Counted from the stretch's first letter, positions 1-14,700 are shown. The stretch: 64,000 nucleotides of DNA from Tubulanus polymorphus (GCF_964204645.1 NC_134033.1:1136131-1200130), one strand, 5' to 3'. Notes: a model not told the origin generated them from the letters alone. Program-made: numbers and translations.

Positions 1-732
1 GTCTGAAATATGGATGTGAGATTTTAGGGTCTAAAATAACGATTTTCGACCCCCTGGAGCCCTAGACGAGCTTCCAAACCTAACTGGAAATAAAATCATT
101 TCATTTTCTGTTGTTGGTGAGTTGAAATTTTTGTCTGAACCAATTTTTCTTTTCAGGATCGGTCTCAAAAACGTCTAAACATCGACAGACATCTCGGGCT
201 GGGCCGGGTTTATCGGGGTACACCCGTCTCTTAGTCAATTAATCATTTTATAGAATATTCTAATAAAGAATTGGCCCGCTTATAATTCGACCCTGTGGTA
301 CTGCTGCCCCTCCTCACACAGTCCCACACTAGACAAGAGAGAGAGAGGTCTAGACTACAGCAGAGACGAACACAATTGTCTTGACAACATCAATACACCC
401 ACGTCTCACTGACATTTGTGACATTGAGTTGACAGTTTGGTCTGGGGTAGGGTCCCCCCTTCTGACGTTGGGGAAGGGTCCCTCCCTTCTGACGTTGACT
501 CAGAGTCAGGAGTCGACTTCAGGACAAAAATTGAATTGAAGAATGAGATCAGGTGTGATGCTAGCCTCAACCTCGCGCTAGTAGGCCTATCTCTGATGAA
601 AGGATTGTTGTGTGATTAATACAGTCTTAAAGGTTCTAGTTGAACCACCTTCTAAGAAACAACAGTTGCGTGGTTAAGAAAACTAATTTGGTACCAGACA
701 TTCAGGTGTTAACTGGTTATGCTCAGACCAGA

Positions 733-1330
733 CTGTTCAGTGGTTTAGGTGGATAAACTTTATCCACACAGTTCACTGGTTTAAGTGGATAAACTGTGTC
801 CACATTGTTCAGTTGTTAAGGTGGATAAACTGTGTCCACATGTCACAGTTCACTGGTTTAAGTGGAGAAACTGGTCCACATCAATGGTTCAGTAGGTGAG
901 GTGGATTAACTGTGTCCACACGGTTCAGTGGTTTAGGTGGATATACTGTGTCCACACGTCACAGTTCACTGGTTTAAGTGGATAAACTGTGTCCAATGGT
1001 TCAGTAGTTGAGGTGGATAAACTGTGTCCACACGGTTCAGTGGTTTAGGTGGATAAACTGTATCCACATGGTTCACTGGTTTAAGTGGATAAACCGTGTC
1101 CTCATGTAGTTAAGGTGGATAAACTGTATCCACACATCACAGTTCAGTGTTTTAGGTGGATAAACTGTGTCCACACATCACAGTTCAGTGGTTTAGGTGG
1201 ATAACCTGTGTCCTCACATCACAGTTCAGTGGTTTAGGTGGATAAACTGTATCCACACATCACAGTTCAATGGTTTAGGTGGATAAACTGTGTCCACACG
1301 GTTCAGTGGTTGTTTAGGTGGATAACTATA
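733..1330. repeat. Minisatellite, ~37-42-bp unit (CAGTTCAGTGGTTTAGGTGGATAAACTGTGTCCACA)
   Basis: About 15 tandem degenerate copies; each unit contains GTGGA..TCCAC dyad symmetry. Confidence 0.9.
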
Positions 1331-2539
1331 TCCAGATGGTATAGTAGTAATGTAGTTGGTACTGATGATGTAGTGAGTACTGTAGTACTGGTGTCTAGAG
1401 AACCGATGAGGCGTTCAGTCTCTGAGTTATTTACCCGATAAACAAGCATTCATTCATTCGTACTATTACTGCGTTCAACCATTGCGCACAAATTGTTTTC
1501 ATCAATCTCAAATTTCACTCTTCTCTCTCTCGCCTCCGTTTTAGTTCCGTGAGCTACGTCTCGAATGCCCGGAATTTACCGGGAAATAATTGTTTTATTT
1601 ACTTGCTGCTACGTTTTGATGTTATTGGAAATTCTGGGATAAGTTACTGGTTGAAGGAAGGAGGGAATATATGCCGGTGGTATAAAGCATTTATTAATAC
1701 AGGTATCAACCTGAAACCTGCGCATCTGCTCTAAGTGTGAAGTGTGGACGATCAGTTTTTGAAAGTGTGTTGATAAAATGTCTAATGTCTGGTGTTTGTA
1801 GTTCATTTTCAATTAAAGATGTCTCAGATGAAGCACTGAACACATGTGAAGTGTGGACGATCAGTTAAGTTTCGATGATCTAACCCTTACCCGGTGGTCG
1901 TCTGCCAGTGCGTCTGCTCGCCCGTTGACCCCGTGTCATCTGCTGCCAAAACTACGGTCTCACGACCCCCAAGATCGCCGTGGCAACCGTATACAATAGT
2001 TCCATTGTCGCGAAGATGATGTTTTCACAGCATTTTCAACAAAAGACGATCTTAGAATTGTTATCGGTTGAAATAGGTGCTTGTTGTGTTGTTATCGCGA
2101 GACCTGTTCCAACCTGACCCCGGCGTTCAATTCACAATCCGTCCGTCATCATCGTCACTAAGACGTTTAATGAGATATATTCTAATAGCTCCGGGCGACC
2201 CACCCACAACCGATGAAACGACATCTCTCTCATCTAGTTCACATAGGTCTTTTACGATTTCCGGGATGTCGCGGTTTTGTTCCCATGGTATTTACAACAC
2301 ATCCTGAGTTTAAGTTCATCTCATTGTCAAGAATTGATGAATTTTTTTTGCGATCGCCCGGAGGCTTGATTTGACATTGAGAATTTTCTTGGATTTAGGG
2401 CCGTACAGAATATTTAGTTAGAGTGATAATCTGATTCTTCCCTCTGCACTCAGAAGAGAGGGTTGTTAGGTCTACTCGAATATTGGTGAATTATTTTTGG
2501 GGGATTTTGAGTTGTTCATTAATGGCTAGAGTCTGTTTA

Positions 2540-2796
2540 CAGGGTTCGATCTAAGGAATGAAAGCCACTTGTCCGGGGGCAAGCATATCTGAAATTTCGC
2601 TTGCCCCCTCCAAAAGCTACTTGCCCTACACAAGCAGTCCGATTGGTGGCACTATCATCCGTTGTATCGAGTGGGAAAAAAGCTTTGTGACATAAAATTG
2701 CACTAGCCCAGGGGACAAGTGATAATGATAACCTACTTGACCTGATGAGAACATACTTGTCCCGGGCAATCGGACAAGTGCTTAGATAGGACCCTG
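2540..2796. mobile_element. Non-autonomous hAT-like MITE (CAGGG...CCCTG), 5-bp flanking duplication
   Basis: TIRs CAGGGTTCGATCTAAG / CTTAGATAGGACCCTG; GTTTA on both flanks; diverged inverted copy at 6785-7010. Confidence 0.8.
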
Positions 2797-3096
2797 GTTT
2801 AGAAAGTGTAATGATTTGAGTTTACCCCACCGCTCTGCTCTCTGAGGGGTTTATTAGGGTGGTGTTGCGTAGACACTGACTGACTGACTGCTCGTACAGT
2901 GTTTCATTAGTTAGTGACTCATGAGTTTCCGTGTCAGAGAACTGATATCTAGATCAAGGCTTGTATCGTCGGTCCAGATTTGAGATGCAGTGAAAACTGC
3001 CTGGTCATCTTGGAGACAGTCACATTATCTCGGTCATCCAGACTTGGCACAGAATATCATTCTGGTTTTCCAGTCTGGGTATAGAGTACTAAACCA

Positions 3097-3223
3097 GGGC
3101 CCAGTTGTTGAAAAGTTAGAGTTAACCAGTGGATAGTTGACAGAGTGAAAATTGAAAAGTTCATTGCCACTATGGTATTTATCCACTGGTTATCTCTAAC
3201 CAACATTTCAATAACTGTCACCC
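3097..3223. mobile_element. Hairpin MITE (~125 bp), PIF/Harbinger-like
   Basis: Arms GTTAGAGTTAACCAGTGGATA / TATCCACTGGTTATCTCTAAC; inverted copy at 48920-49045. Confidence 0.7.
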
Positions 3224-4289
3224 CTGGTCGTCCCGATAGGACACTTAGCGCTGCTCTGCTATTTTCCCAACTGGAATGAATCAGAATCTGATTAGATATG
3301 TATGTTAAATGCCTTTCTGATATCATTATAAATATATACAGGGTTCACGATAAAACTCCCCGAATTACTGACTTGTATGCAATCAGTTATGATTTATAAC
3401 TCATTGAGTTCGTCTATCTATATTCATGTACAGCTAACCCCTATTGTTTCTTATCATCGAATATGACTCAACGTAGCAGCAGCAACAGCAGCAGCAGCAG
3501 CAGCAGCACCAGTAAACAACGGAGATATAAGAATAAAGAGCGACTAAAGTTTCTCGTGAACGACCGTGACTATAGATCACTCTACCCATTGACTCATACC
3601 TGTAAACGTAGGCAAAATACTATTTTTACTTTTTGTAACGAAAGATTAAACTCTGACCCGCTGATCGTATTCCCATCGTCCGTCTGTCGGGGGGGGGGGG
3701 GGGATGTGGGAATACTTCTGCTGCGGTTTTCAGGCGAAAGTCATAAACCGTTGTTGAAATGTGTTGAAATTGATTTAGTTCGCTTCACTAGGTTTCAAGT
3801 TTTGTTTTGTTTCTAAATTTAGTCCCGTCTGTGGTTTCAGTAGTTCTTGTTATAATGTACAGATGGCGCCGGTTACGTTGTGAAATGTGACATTACGTAT
3901 GTATATAAATATATGACCCCTGTGGTTGTGTTGTGGTTGGAAACCGCTGGATTTTTTTCCGGAAATCTTTTACGACCCGAAACGGCGTTGTTTGTTCCTT
4001 GTAACGGGAAGAAATTTTCTTTGCGGTTTTCTCGAAAAAGATCTTCGATTATTCCAAGTTCTAATTGTATGGTACTCCATAGAGACTCATGGAGTCGACT
4101 ACTGAGTCGCCTCGCGGCTAAGTCTGGTATATAGTAGTAGAGATTGATTGATTTGAGTCATTGTTGGTTTATTTGTTCTCTGTCTGAAGATAAGATAGAT
4201 ATTTAGATAAGTGTTTTACTGTAATGGAGGGAGGTCGGCCGGAGGGGTGGGGGAGGAGGGTAATGGTTTATCAGGAGTCAGTCCTACAT

Positions 4290-4675
<386 letters not shown>

Positions 4676-5589
4676 CTGCTGTCATCAACTTTTCATTGTA
4701 ACTGAATTATTACTGTCTGGAAAGGTTTTTTCGCAAACAGAATTTTAAAAGACCGCAGTAAATGCAAATGAGCCTATGAAGCTAGAAAAGCCCGTTTTGT
4801 CCTAACTTTTCCGTGGGAGGGCCACCAGAACACCCACCAATGTTCTTGCAGCCCTCTTATAACCAAATCTGCCATTTACAAATTACTGGCTTATTCAAAT
4901 GTTCAGGTCGACCCCATTCAACGGAATCCTAGATGTTGCTGTGTTTGTAGTTCACTGTTATTACTGCAGTAATTGCGCTCTTAACTCCGTAACACGTTTT
5001 CTCAAAGAATTACTTGAAATTCTTTGATCAGAAATTGTTGTTTGTTCGTCAAATGTTTGCTAATTAATGGTATAATTAGCGCGTCAACAACCACAGAGAT
5101 CAAGGATCAATTTAACTGTTTGGCGATCAAACTTTACAGATATTTGTCATCAGCAAATCTTAATTAGTAAAACTGATTAATAGATTAAACGCTTAATTAG
5201 AAGGAAGTTTGATCAATAGTAATTAATCTAAGCAGTTTGATTAATTCATCAGTTTTAAAAACAAGAAAATTTTTAAACCGTTAATTGCTTTCTTTGATGT
5301 TCAGGTTTGTTCCTGTTTGCCCGCTATTAAAACGGATCAATTTCCTAATCCTGTGTTAACCCGGTGTTAATCTGTCTTAATCTCGTGCTAATCCCATTAT
5401 CATATTTAAGTATTTGCGCCTATAGTAGCCGGGCTGAACTCACTTAATTTCCTCTAGAGTTGTTTAAGTATTTTGTCGTCTCAGTCTAACGGCTAAAGGA
5501 GTTGAATTGACCTTTCAGGTGGAGATTGAGATTAGACTGTGAGGTTTTCTGAGGAAATTTCTACAAGACAAAATTTGTTTGACCACTTA

Positions 5590-5930
5590 TTTGTTAGATT
5601 GATTATAGAACTAGAATGAGTTTAGACTGGTCTTAAGTTGTAAGATTGGTTATAGAACCAGAATGATCTTAGACTGGTCTTAAGTTGTTAGATTGGTAAT
5701 AGAACCAAAATGAGCTTAGACTGGTCTTAGGTTGTTAGATTGGTAATAGAACCAAAATGAGTTTTGCCTGATCTTAAGTTGTTAGATTGGCTATAGAACC
5801 AAAATGAGCTTAGACTGGTCTTAAGTTATTAGATTGGTTATAGAACCAAAATGAGCTTAGACTGGTCTTAGATTATTAGTTAGGTTATTAAACCACCGAA
5901 AGGAGCTTTGACTGGTCTTAACTTAGACTG
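5590..5930. repeat. 47-bp minisatellite (TTAGACTGGTCTTAAGTTGTTAGATTGGTTATAGAACCAAAATGAGC)
   Basis: About 7 tandem units; the same family occurs at 9830-10070, 10570-10985, 14830-15040, 26700-26910, 36230-36570 and 38620-39080 in both orientations. Confidence 0.9.
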
Positions 5931-6784
5931 GCCAGTGAGTTCCTGTTGGTGCGCACGCACGCACGACTATAAAGGTACGATATTTACCCGATGAACTACG
6001 ATATGACGAACGTTTCTAGAAAGCGTGGGCCGTAATTAAATGAATCATACACCGTGTTTTTAAATCGATTGTTCCGGTCGCGAAAGAAATCGTTTTCGAT
6101 ACAATGCAAAATTTCAGGAAAAGAATAAAATTCGCGACGTCGAAATGAAAGTCGTCGTCATTACGAGCGTGACGACGATAATGATAGTGAGAGAGGTCGT
6201 CTGCGGCAAGCGGGGGTTATATATATGAATCACGATTCACGATTCGTGTGAATGAATCGCGTGTTTAAGCGTTTTATCATTTCGCGTATTGTAAATAATT
6301 ATTTGAATTAAAATAAATTAAAATGTTCCCACATAGATTTGTGCCGATATAAGAAAACCGAAATTGCTGAGTCGTGAACTGTGTTTTAACCGGTGGGTGT
6401 TGTATCGGCGGGCTGGCTGGGGACCTAGCATTTACACCAGCGGTACAGGATTCCATCCATCAGAAGCAACAAGCCGCGCTTAAACCTTATATGTACAATC
6501 TTTATCGCACCCCGGAATGAGAATGATTAATCTTAGCTTTACATAGTCCTTATATACAGAATCATCAGAGCTAGTCGTCAGACCAGTTAGAAAACTAAAT
6601 TGCGTTCAGAACTGAGTCTTGAACTGTTGAGCTGAGTCCAGTTCTTTTTGAGTTTCATCAGAAATTAGCTGATTTTGATTGTAGAGTCAAATATGAACTG
6701 ACAAATGTTGAATCGGGACAGAATGAATATCTGATTTCCCTAGGGATCTCTTGTGTCCTAACATGCTTGATAGGTAGATATCAG

Positions 6785-7010
6785 AGGGTCCGGTCTAGAC
6801 ACTTACATCCGATCGCCCAGGACAAGTATATTCTCATTATGACAAGTAGGCTATCCATATCACTTGTCAGCCGGGTAAGTGCATTGTTACAATGATTGTG
6901 CAGCTGGTTGGACTGCGTGTTTAGGGCGAGTAGATTTTCAAGGGGCAAGTGAAATATCCGATAAACTTGCCCCATGGTGTAGCGGCTTAGATTCCTTAGA
7001 TCGAACCCCG
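6785..7010. mobile_element. Inverted diverged copy of the 2540-2796 MITE
   Basis: Ends ...CCTTAGATCGAACCCCG; shares the internal GGACAAG/CTTGCCC subrepeats. Confidence 0.7.
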
Positions 7011-7529
7011 ATATCAGACTATTCGAGCTTCAATTGTCTTGTGGCGAGTGAAATAGGAGTAATTTGAGTAATTATATATGACATCATAGTAGGTACTCAT
7101 AATTACTCCTTTCCTATTATCACCCGATCACAATCCGTCCTTTGTGCCCCTCTCTCTCTCTTGTCATTCAACCTCTTAAAGCCTTGTCACGAAACACCAT
7201 TTGATAGTGAGAACTATCGCTTCATAAATATGAAAGAGTTTCGTGAATGAACTGTTGATTGAGTTCCCCCCTCCCCCCTCCCCCTCCCCCTCCCCCCTCC
7301 CCCCTCGAGCGCCGTTTAGCCGTTTTAATATCTCGTCTTGAGAATATTTTATGAATGAGCGTTCGTTATGCGTCGCGAATCGGTTTGTAACGTTTTCAAA
7401 TTTAAGTGTCGTTCAATTTCGTCCTGGAGAGAGAGTTGAATTAGAAGAAAAAAAAAAACGACCTTTTAGAATTCTACATCGGAATGGGAAATCATTTTTA
7501 AACACCGCTTGAGGGTTTTGAATACATAA

Positions 7530-7880
7530 TACAGTAGACTCTGTCTCTTTCAAGTTCGGGGGGGGGGGGGAATTCTAGTTAAGATACTGAGTAAGAGTTT
7601 GGTGAAATACAGTAGACTCTGTCTCTTACTGCGGTAAAGTTGAAACCGGTAAAATTCTACCCCGAGTTGGTGTCAAATACCGAGTAAGAGTTTGTGAAAT
7701 ACAGTAGACTCTGTCTCTTACTGCGGTAAAGTTGAGACCGGTAAAATTCTACCCCGAGTTGGTGTCAAATACCGAGTAAGAGTTTGTGAAATACAGTAGA
7801 CTCTGTCTCTTACTGCGGTAAAGTTGAGACCGGACCCTGAGTTGGTTTAGTAAAAATACCTAATCAGAATTTTTGAATAC
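7530..7880. repeat. 92-bp tandem repeat starting TACAGTAGACTC (Tc1/pogo-like terminus)
   Basis: Unit starts at 7608, 7700 and 7792; an inverted near-identical array lies at 33322-33600. Confidence 0.85.
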
Positions 7881-8763
7881 TTGTGGCGACGTTCACTTTG
7901 CGCAGGAAATAGTAATTATTTGATTTCTGCGATATCGATGAGCCAGCTTTTTATTTATAAATCCGCATCGTGTCATTTTTCGCGGTTTATATCTGAGGAT
8001 CTGTTATTGTTATCGTAAAGCCTACTCACTCGCCCCGGCGAGAGGAAGCGCGCCACAGTTATGTCGGTGACCCTGCTTCCACAATTAATATTTCGTCGAT
8101 TTCCTGAGAGAGTTATTACCGGTGGTTTAATGATGATGATGACTATAGAACTAGCTATCCGCGCACAGGAACCAAACGAACACGGTCGGTTATTAGGAAA
8201 AAATTATGACTCATAGCAAATTGTTTTATATGTCTCTATATAATACAAGAGTATATATTCATGGGTTGAACCTTTAGACCCAAACATCGAACAGACAAAC
8301 AACCAGCGGTCTATTCATACTCCGCTAGAACAGGCTTTGTGTTCTACTGAGAGACTACTGTTGAAATAGATCGACCAATCAGCCGGCGGTATTCTAACGA
8401 CAGGTCGTTTATAAAGTCTTTTCGACTCTCGTCGGTTCGAACAGTGACTCTCTCTCTCTCTCGCGCGCTGTGACTCTCGAAGTCGTCTCGAGTATTTTAC
8501 GAGCAGACGGATTTTATCGGATTCAGTTTCGTCGTCAGGATTTAAAAAAAATCGGGAAAATAGACATTTGATCTAGACACTGATTTTTACGAGTTTACCG
8601 ACGAACTTTTCTATATAATTAACGAAGTTTGTTAATTAGTTATCGGTTAATTAAAACTCGAAGGATTATTCGTACACAGTTTGATGGCCTGGCCATTTAT
8701 TAATAATTAGTAAAATTGTAATTAATTTTGCGCGGTGTTAATCGGATTAAATCTATTTTAACG

Positions 8764-11700
8764 ATGGTTTCTGGAGGTAAATCGTCGACTTGTTACTACC
8801 AGCAGCACCAGCAGCAGCAGCAGCATCACGAGCCCCGGACTCCACGGGGCAGCAGTGGGACGGGAATGGGATCTTTACCCGCCGTGCAGACGTGGTACAT
8901 TCACTCGAACGCCAGTTTCGCTGCGTCGCTCATGTGTCTCGGAAAACAAAGGTAACGAATTCTCTTTTTTTTGAGAAAATCGAAAATAAATTTCTCGAAA
9001 ATTCATCATTATTTTGAGAAGTTTAGGTAGGAAAATTAGCGACGTATAGCGATGTATATGTTTGAAAGGAATATTCGTTTCGAAGCGGAAGACTTATTTT
9101 TCTAAGGCTTAGTTTCGTATTTATCCGCGGCTCCGAGTCGGAGCTATATTTCCAAGGCAAGGACGAAAATATTCGGAAAAATATTTTTTCAGGGGGAGTA
9201 TGTTTCATGGATGAAGGAAAAGGAAAGGAAAAATAGGTCGTATTCTCGAGGTTATTTTTTCAAAAAATGTCAGGAAGAAAATCTCTTTTTTGGGGGGAGG
9301 GGGGAGGGGGGGTTGAGAGGGAAATTATTCTTCATGGATTTCACATGAGTCGTGTAATTGTAACAGTAGTAACTGATTTTCACACACAAGCCACAGGTGT
9401 GACATATCTATGTCTCTATGTGATTGTGTAAAGTGAGGCCCACCTGTTGCCCCCCTGCCCTCCTTCCCCTCCCTCGACTGCTATTATCGCTATTGTGTCA
9501 ATCCCTTGCACAAATACTGCGGTACCAATGAACCCTGTCTATTACATAATCTATTCACAGGCCTGGATGTCCTTGACAATTAATAATTTCATAAAACACC
9601 AATCTGTTAATTGCATAATAACATTTCAGCAATGCAAGCTGTGACTATAGAATGTATTGTTTATGAAACAATGCAGCTTGATTCACAGTTATATATGTAC
9701 AAACTGTGGACTATTGAAATCTTTAGTAGTTCATGATTCCAATTCAGTCCATGTTTGAATGATTGAGCCACTGGTTCCAGGGGCCCAGTTGCGCAGTCAA
9801 AGACCGGTCAGAGACCATCGTAATACCAACAACTTAAGACCAGTCTAAGCTCATTTTGGTTCTATAACCAATCTAACAACTTAAGACCAGTCTAAGCTCA
9901 TTTTAGTTCTAAAACCAATCTAACAACTTAAGACCAGTCTAAACTCATTTTGGTTCTATAACCAATCTAACAACTTAAGACCAGTCTAAGCTCATTTTGG
10001 TTCTAAAAACCAATCTAACAACTTAAAGATCAGTCTAAGCTCATCTCAGTTCTATGGCCAATCTAACTGGTGGAAGATGGGGCTTTAGGAAGTTAGGCTA
10101 TCAACATTATTTTCATATGAGTGTGCGTACTCTTAAGACCTATCTATCAATTCGGATTTATTTACAATCTGTTGACATTTTGACCCGTGTCTTCCTGCAG
10201 TCCACTCCCTTGTATAGAATTATTCTTACGTAATATCAATTACTCACTGCTTCACAATTAAACCCTTTATATTTCAAAGCCATTTTCATGTGGTGTCAAT
10301 TTGTCAATTTTCAAAGTTGAAACGTTTTGACTAATGGGATTAGATTGACATTCAGTAACTAGTCGTAGGACAACAAGTTGTGACTAAAATGCGTTATGTA
10401 ATATTTAGGATTTATGACCGAACCTAAATCCCTTAAATCCATTAACAAACATGATTTATATAAGATTGGAAATATTTCCGTTACCTGGAATGTGGATTAG
10501 ATTTTATAAATCTTTATCGGGGCTCAATGATGTCCTGCAGTGGGTGGCTCCATAGTCATGGTTTTGTTTAGATTTTAAGACCAGTCTAAGATCATTTTGG
10601 TTCTATAACCAATCTAACAACTTGAGACCAGTCTAAGCTCATTTTGGTTATATAACCAATCTAACAACTTAAGACCAGTCTCAGCTCATTTTGGTTCTAT
10701 AACCAATCTAACAACTTAAGGCCAGTCTCAGCTCATTTTGGTTCTATAACCAATCTAACAACTGAAGACCAGTCTAAACTCATTTTAGTTCTATAACCAA
10801 TCTAACAACTTGAGACCAGTCTAAACTCATTTTAGTTCTATAACCAATCTAACAACTTAAGACTCCAGTCTAAACTCATTTAAGTTCTATAACCAATCTA
10901 ACAACTTAAGACCAGTCTAAACTCATTTTAGTTCTATAACCAATCTAACAACTTAAGATCAGTCCAATCTATGACCGATTCTAACAATTTCTAAAGGTCA
11001 GGCTCAGATGGTGTCCAGACTGTTGCCTTTGTCTATATAAGCCTTGTCAGTATTGTAGTTATGAACAGAATGAATTTTTCGGGCCCAAATTGTTGACATT
11101 TTCTCTCAAAATCGAATTTTATTTGCCGTCTCCGCGGTCCTGGCTTTGCACCGGTCGAAAACGATTAATAATTGAAGCTAGTTTAAAACTTAAACAACTC
11201 TCTGATTTCTATAATTAGAAATCACGCACTTCACGGACCGTGAACCAGGAACTGGTGAACTGAACTTCAACTTGTTTATAGACAATCTTTATCACACATG
11301 AATAATAGATTCTAATAACCTGGATGATTGGGGGGGGGGGGGGGTAGGGGGAAAGAAGGGGGGCCTTGAAATCAAATGAGAAAACACAAATGAAAGAACT
11401 GAGGTTTTAAGAAGAAGGATGAAGCTTCTGAGAATAATCTTCAAATCTTTCTCGCTTTCAAACATTGAACTGAACAAAGGAACACTCAATACCCCTGAGA
11501 GACTGGATCCTGGCAGACAGACCGGCAGGCAGGGCCGGGCCGACTGGGGTCAATCCTTTCAATTTAACAGGTTTGTAAAACTGGGCTCGGCCAAGCAGGT
11601 GGCTTTGTCTCGGAGCAGATGTCATCGCTCTAACGCAGCCCCTGGCGAGTGTGTTTTTTATTGAAAGTCACCGCAGAGCGTTGATCAGGCGTGTGCCGTG

Positions 11701-14700
11701 AAGTGTGCCGCGAAGTGTGCCCGTATTGCATCTATCAGCGAATTAAACACGTTTTATTGAAGATTTTTTCCCGACCCGACCCGAACCTACCCGACTCCTA
11801 GCAGCGAGCTATTGTCTTCATATACCACGCACGTGTGACTCTTTCAGTCATCCGTGTGACTCTTCAGTCTTACGACTATGAACTGTCAAAGGGCACCTAC
11901 CCGTATTGTGACTTGTTTATAGTCAAACTTATGACTGGATTTGGGAGCGACGACGGTCGATTGTCTCATTGTTGGTGCCTGATATGAACCAAGTTGTGAT
12001 TGATGGTCCCCCTTAACCCCCAGCCTGCACCCCTCCCAAGCCTTTACTCTCAGATCTCTCTGACATAAGACTATCAGCGCACTGATCAAAAACTGATCAT
12101 CCACACTTCACATGTGTTCAGTGCTTCAACTGAGACATTACTAATTGAAAATGAACTACAAACACCAGATATTAGACATTTTATCAGCACACTTTCATAA
12201 ACTGATCGTCCACACTTCACATGTGTTCAGTGCCTCACCTGAGACATTTCTAATTGAAAATGAACTACAAACACCAGATATTAGACATTTTATCGGCACA
12301 CTTTCATAAACTGATCGTCCACACTTCACATGTGTTCAATGCTTCACCCGAGACATTTCTAATTGAAAATGAACTACAAACACAAGATATTAGACATTTT
12401 ATCAGCACACTTTCAAAATCTGATCGTCCACACTTCACATGTGTTCAGTGCTTCACCTGAGACATTTCTAATTGAAAATGAACTACAAACACCAGACATT
12501 AGACATTAGTATCAGCGCACTTTCAAAGACTGATCATCCTTCACATTGAGAGAGAGAGAGAGTTCAAGCTGTGGTACTATTGTATTTAAGAGCGTCCAAT
12601 GTCACGGTCATTAATAATGGAATGCACTAATTGCGAACAGTTCGAAATAACGTCCTCTGTGTTTCCTATGATTAGTACATCGTGTAATAAAATTTGCACT
12701 TCCGGGCTGCCGTAGAATGCGTTTAGATCGATATAATGTAATTGCCCTTCCGGTCTGCCGTATAATTTATGACTATTTCTTCGACAGTAATTGATACGCC
12801 GGAGAATTCTAGATAACGTACCGCGCTTTATTCTGAGCTCGGCGAAATTAGGAGCTATATATCCCGCTATGGGATGAACTCGATGTTCGACACTGGAATA
12901 AGGCGTAATGCTGTTGCATGCACTATCAGTGCTGAGAGTGACTAGCGCCGGTTTGAGTCCTGCTGGCTGCTTGCAGCAAGCGGGCAACAAACACTTCACT
13001 CCGTGGTCCCGTCGTGAGGTTAAATGATCAATCAAATAGGGTTAGTCTCAGGAAAACAAAGATCCTAACGACTGAAGCAAAACAAACATTACATGTCCTG
13101 TTAGCTCAGTTGATTGAGTGGAGGACTTGGAACCAAGAGGTCCCTAGTTCGAAACCATCTCTGGCGTTGGCTGTCAAGACACGTACATGGACTAAGGTCT
13201 GCTAACTTAGTTTTAGGTTTACAACAACCTATATAAAAGCCCTGGCCGTCTCCTAAGACCCAGTAGAGTTACACTGTTACTTGCAGTTGAGACGTAAAAC
13301 TCTTCTTAACTAAAACAAACTCCTGAATGCTGGGGACAAATTGATGTATTTCAATGAAAATTCCTCGAAAACAATTCAACTTGTCACTCATAGCGTTTTG
13401 CTGAGATATGTAACGAGTACGTAGGATATTTTTTCCGGGCAAATTTTCACGTAGAGAAATAATTAGAAACCTGATTAAGCCGTTCTTTGAGAGTCGCTCG
13501 CAATGAACTACTTCACCGAAAAATGTCAATAGATTTTAGAGTAACTCTACCCCCTCCCCTGCTCCCCCCGAGACGCTCCTCTGTCGTCTCAAAATTCTTC
13601 GTAAAATGCCCTACGTACTTCGCGAGTAATACCAAGAAATAATGTCTAATAAGCCCACCAGGGGGCATCGTTTTTCGGAATATTGTTTTCGTCAATGCTA
13701 AGCTTTATTTCGGGGGGAAATGTCGATATCGGAATTCTCGGGAGGGGGCCATTTATAATCTTCATACGCCGCTGGTCGTCGCTGGTAAATTCGCAGACGA
13801 CTCTCGTTTCGAATTGTGACGTCTGTTCAAACGACCTTGACACGTATCGGATCGCGCGAGAAATTCAGACAATGAAAAAACATTTCGAAATCTTCTTTTT
13901 TTTAAACCAGTCGCGATTTAATCGCACGTCACTGGAAAAACAACCCGACACGAAATTGAAACCCTTCCCTGTTTTAGATTTCGAGTGGCTTGTTGTTAGC
14001 AGACGGAATTCATTGAATTAAAACGCGTCTGCTCAGAGAATGTTTATACATGGAGAATAGAAAACGTGCTTCAACCGGGTGTGTAGACTATGGCATGTAA
14101 GGATTCCGCTTGTGGCAAGTGAGGATCCACTAGGTGTCGCTAGTGGGCAGTAGGCCATCGACAGTGTAGCAATAGGGGATTCCACTTGTGGCAAGTGAGG
14201 ATCCACCAGGTGTCGCTAGTGTGCAGTAGGATATCTCAACTACTGTCACAGTAGTGGAATCCTTTACAGCCACAGTCTGTGGCTGTAAAGGAGAGAAATT
14301 CCGTCGACGTGAAATAAAACCGTTCCTTGTTTTAAGTTGAAGTGGTTCTCGTCGCGTTGTTCGACAGCAGACGTAATTCAAACAATGAAAACGCGGCGTC
14401 TGCCGATCGGCGACTAGAATGAGAGGTGCTCGAAATTTATTATTCGTTCACAATTTCTCGACCCGATTTTGATATCGTCGTTTAAAAACCTGACAGATTG
14501 AATGATTGCGGTTCGACATAGATTGAATGCTGGGTTTTTCGAAAAATGATAATTATCTGTTCTTTAAAGCGGTTTAATTATATCTAGTTCCTGATGATGA
14601 TTCACGCAGAATAGTTTACAAAAAAACCCTATTTTTCAATTTCCTACGATTTAGAAAATTTAGGTCGTGAGAAAATATCTAAAATGAGGAAGTAAGCGTT

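Noticed and set aside
4069-4134. Alternative coding first exon of Nck (MVLHRDSW...)
   Set aside because: The only plausible donor is weak and in phase 1, out of frame with the exon at 15108; at most a UTR exon or uORF.
12586-13035. 149-aa minus-strand ORF inside Nck intron 1
   Set aside because: Non-ATG start, no recognisable motif and no supporting splice structure.
13096-13170. Functional tRNA gene
   Set aside because: Acceptor and T stems pair poorly, and the sequence continues into a SINE-like body; the same pairing problem applies to 30393-30465.
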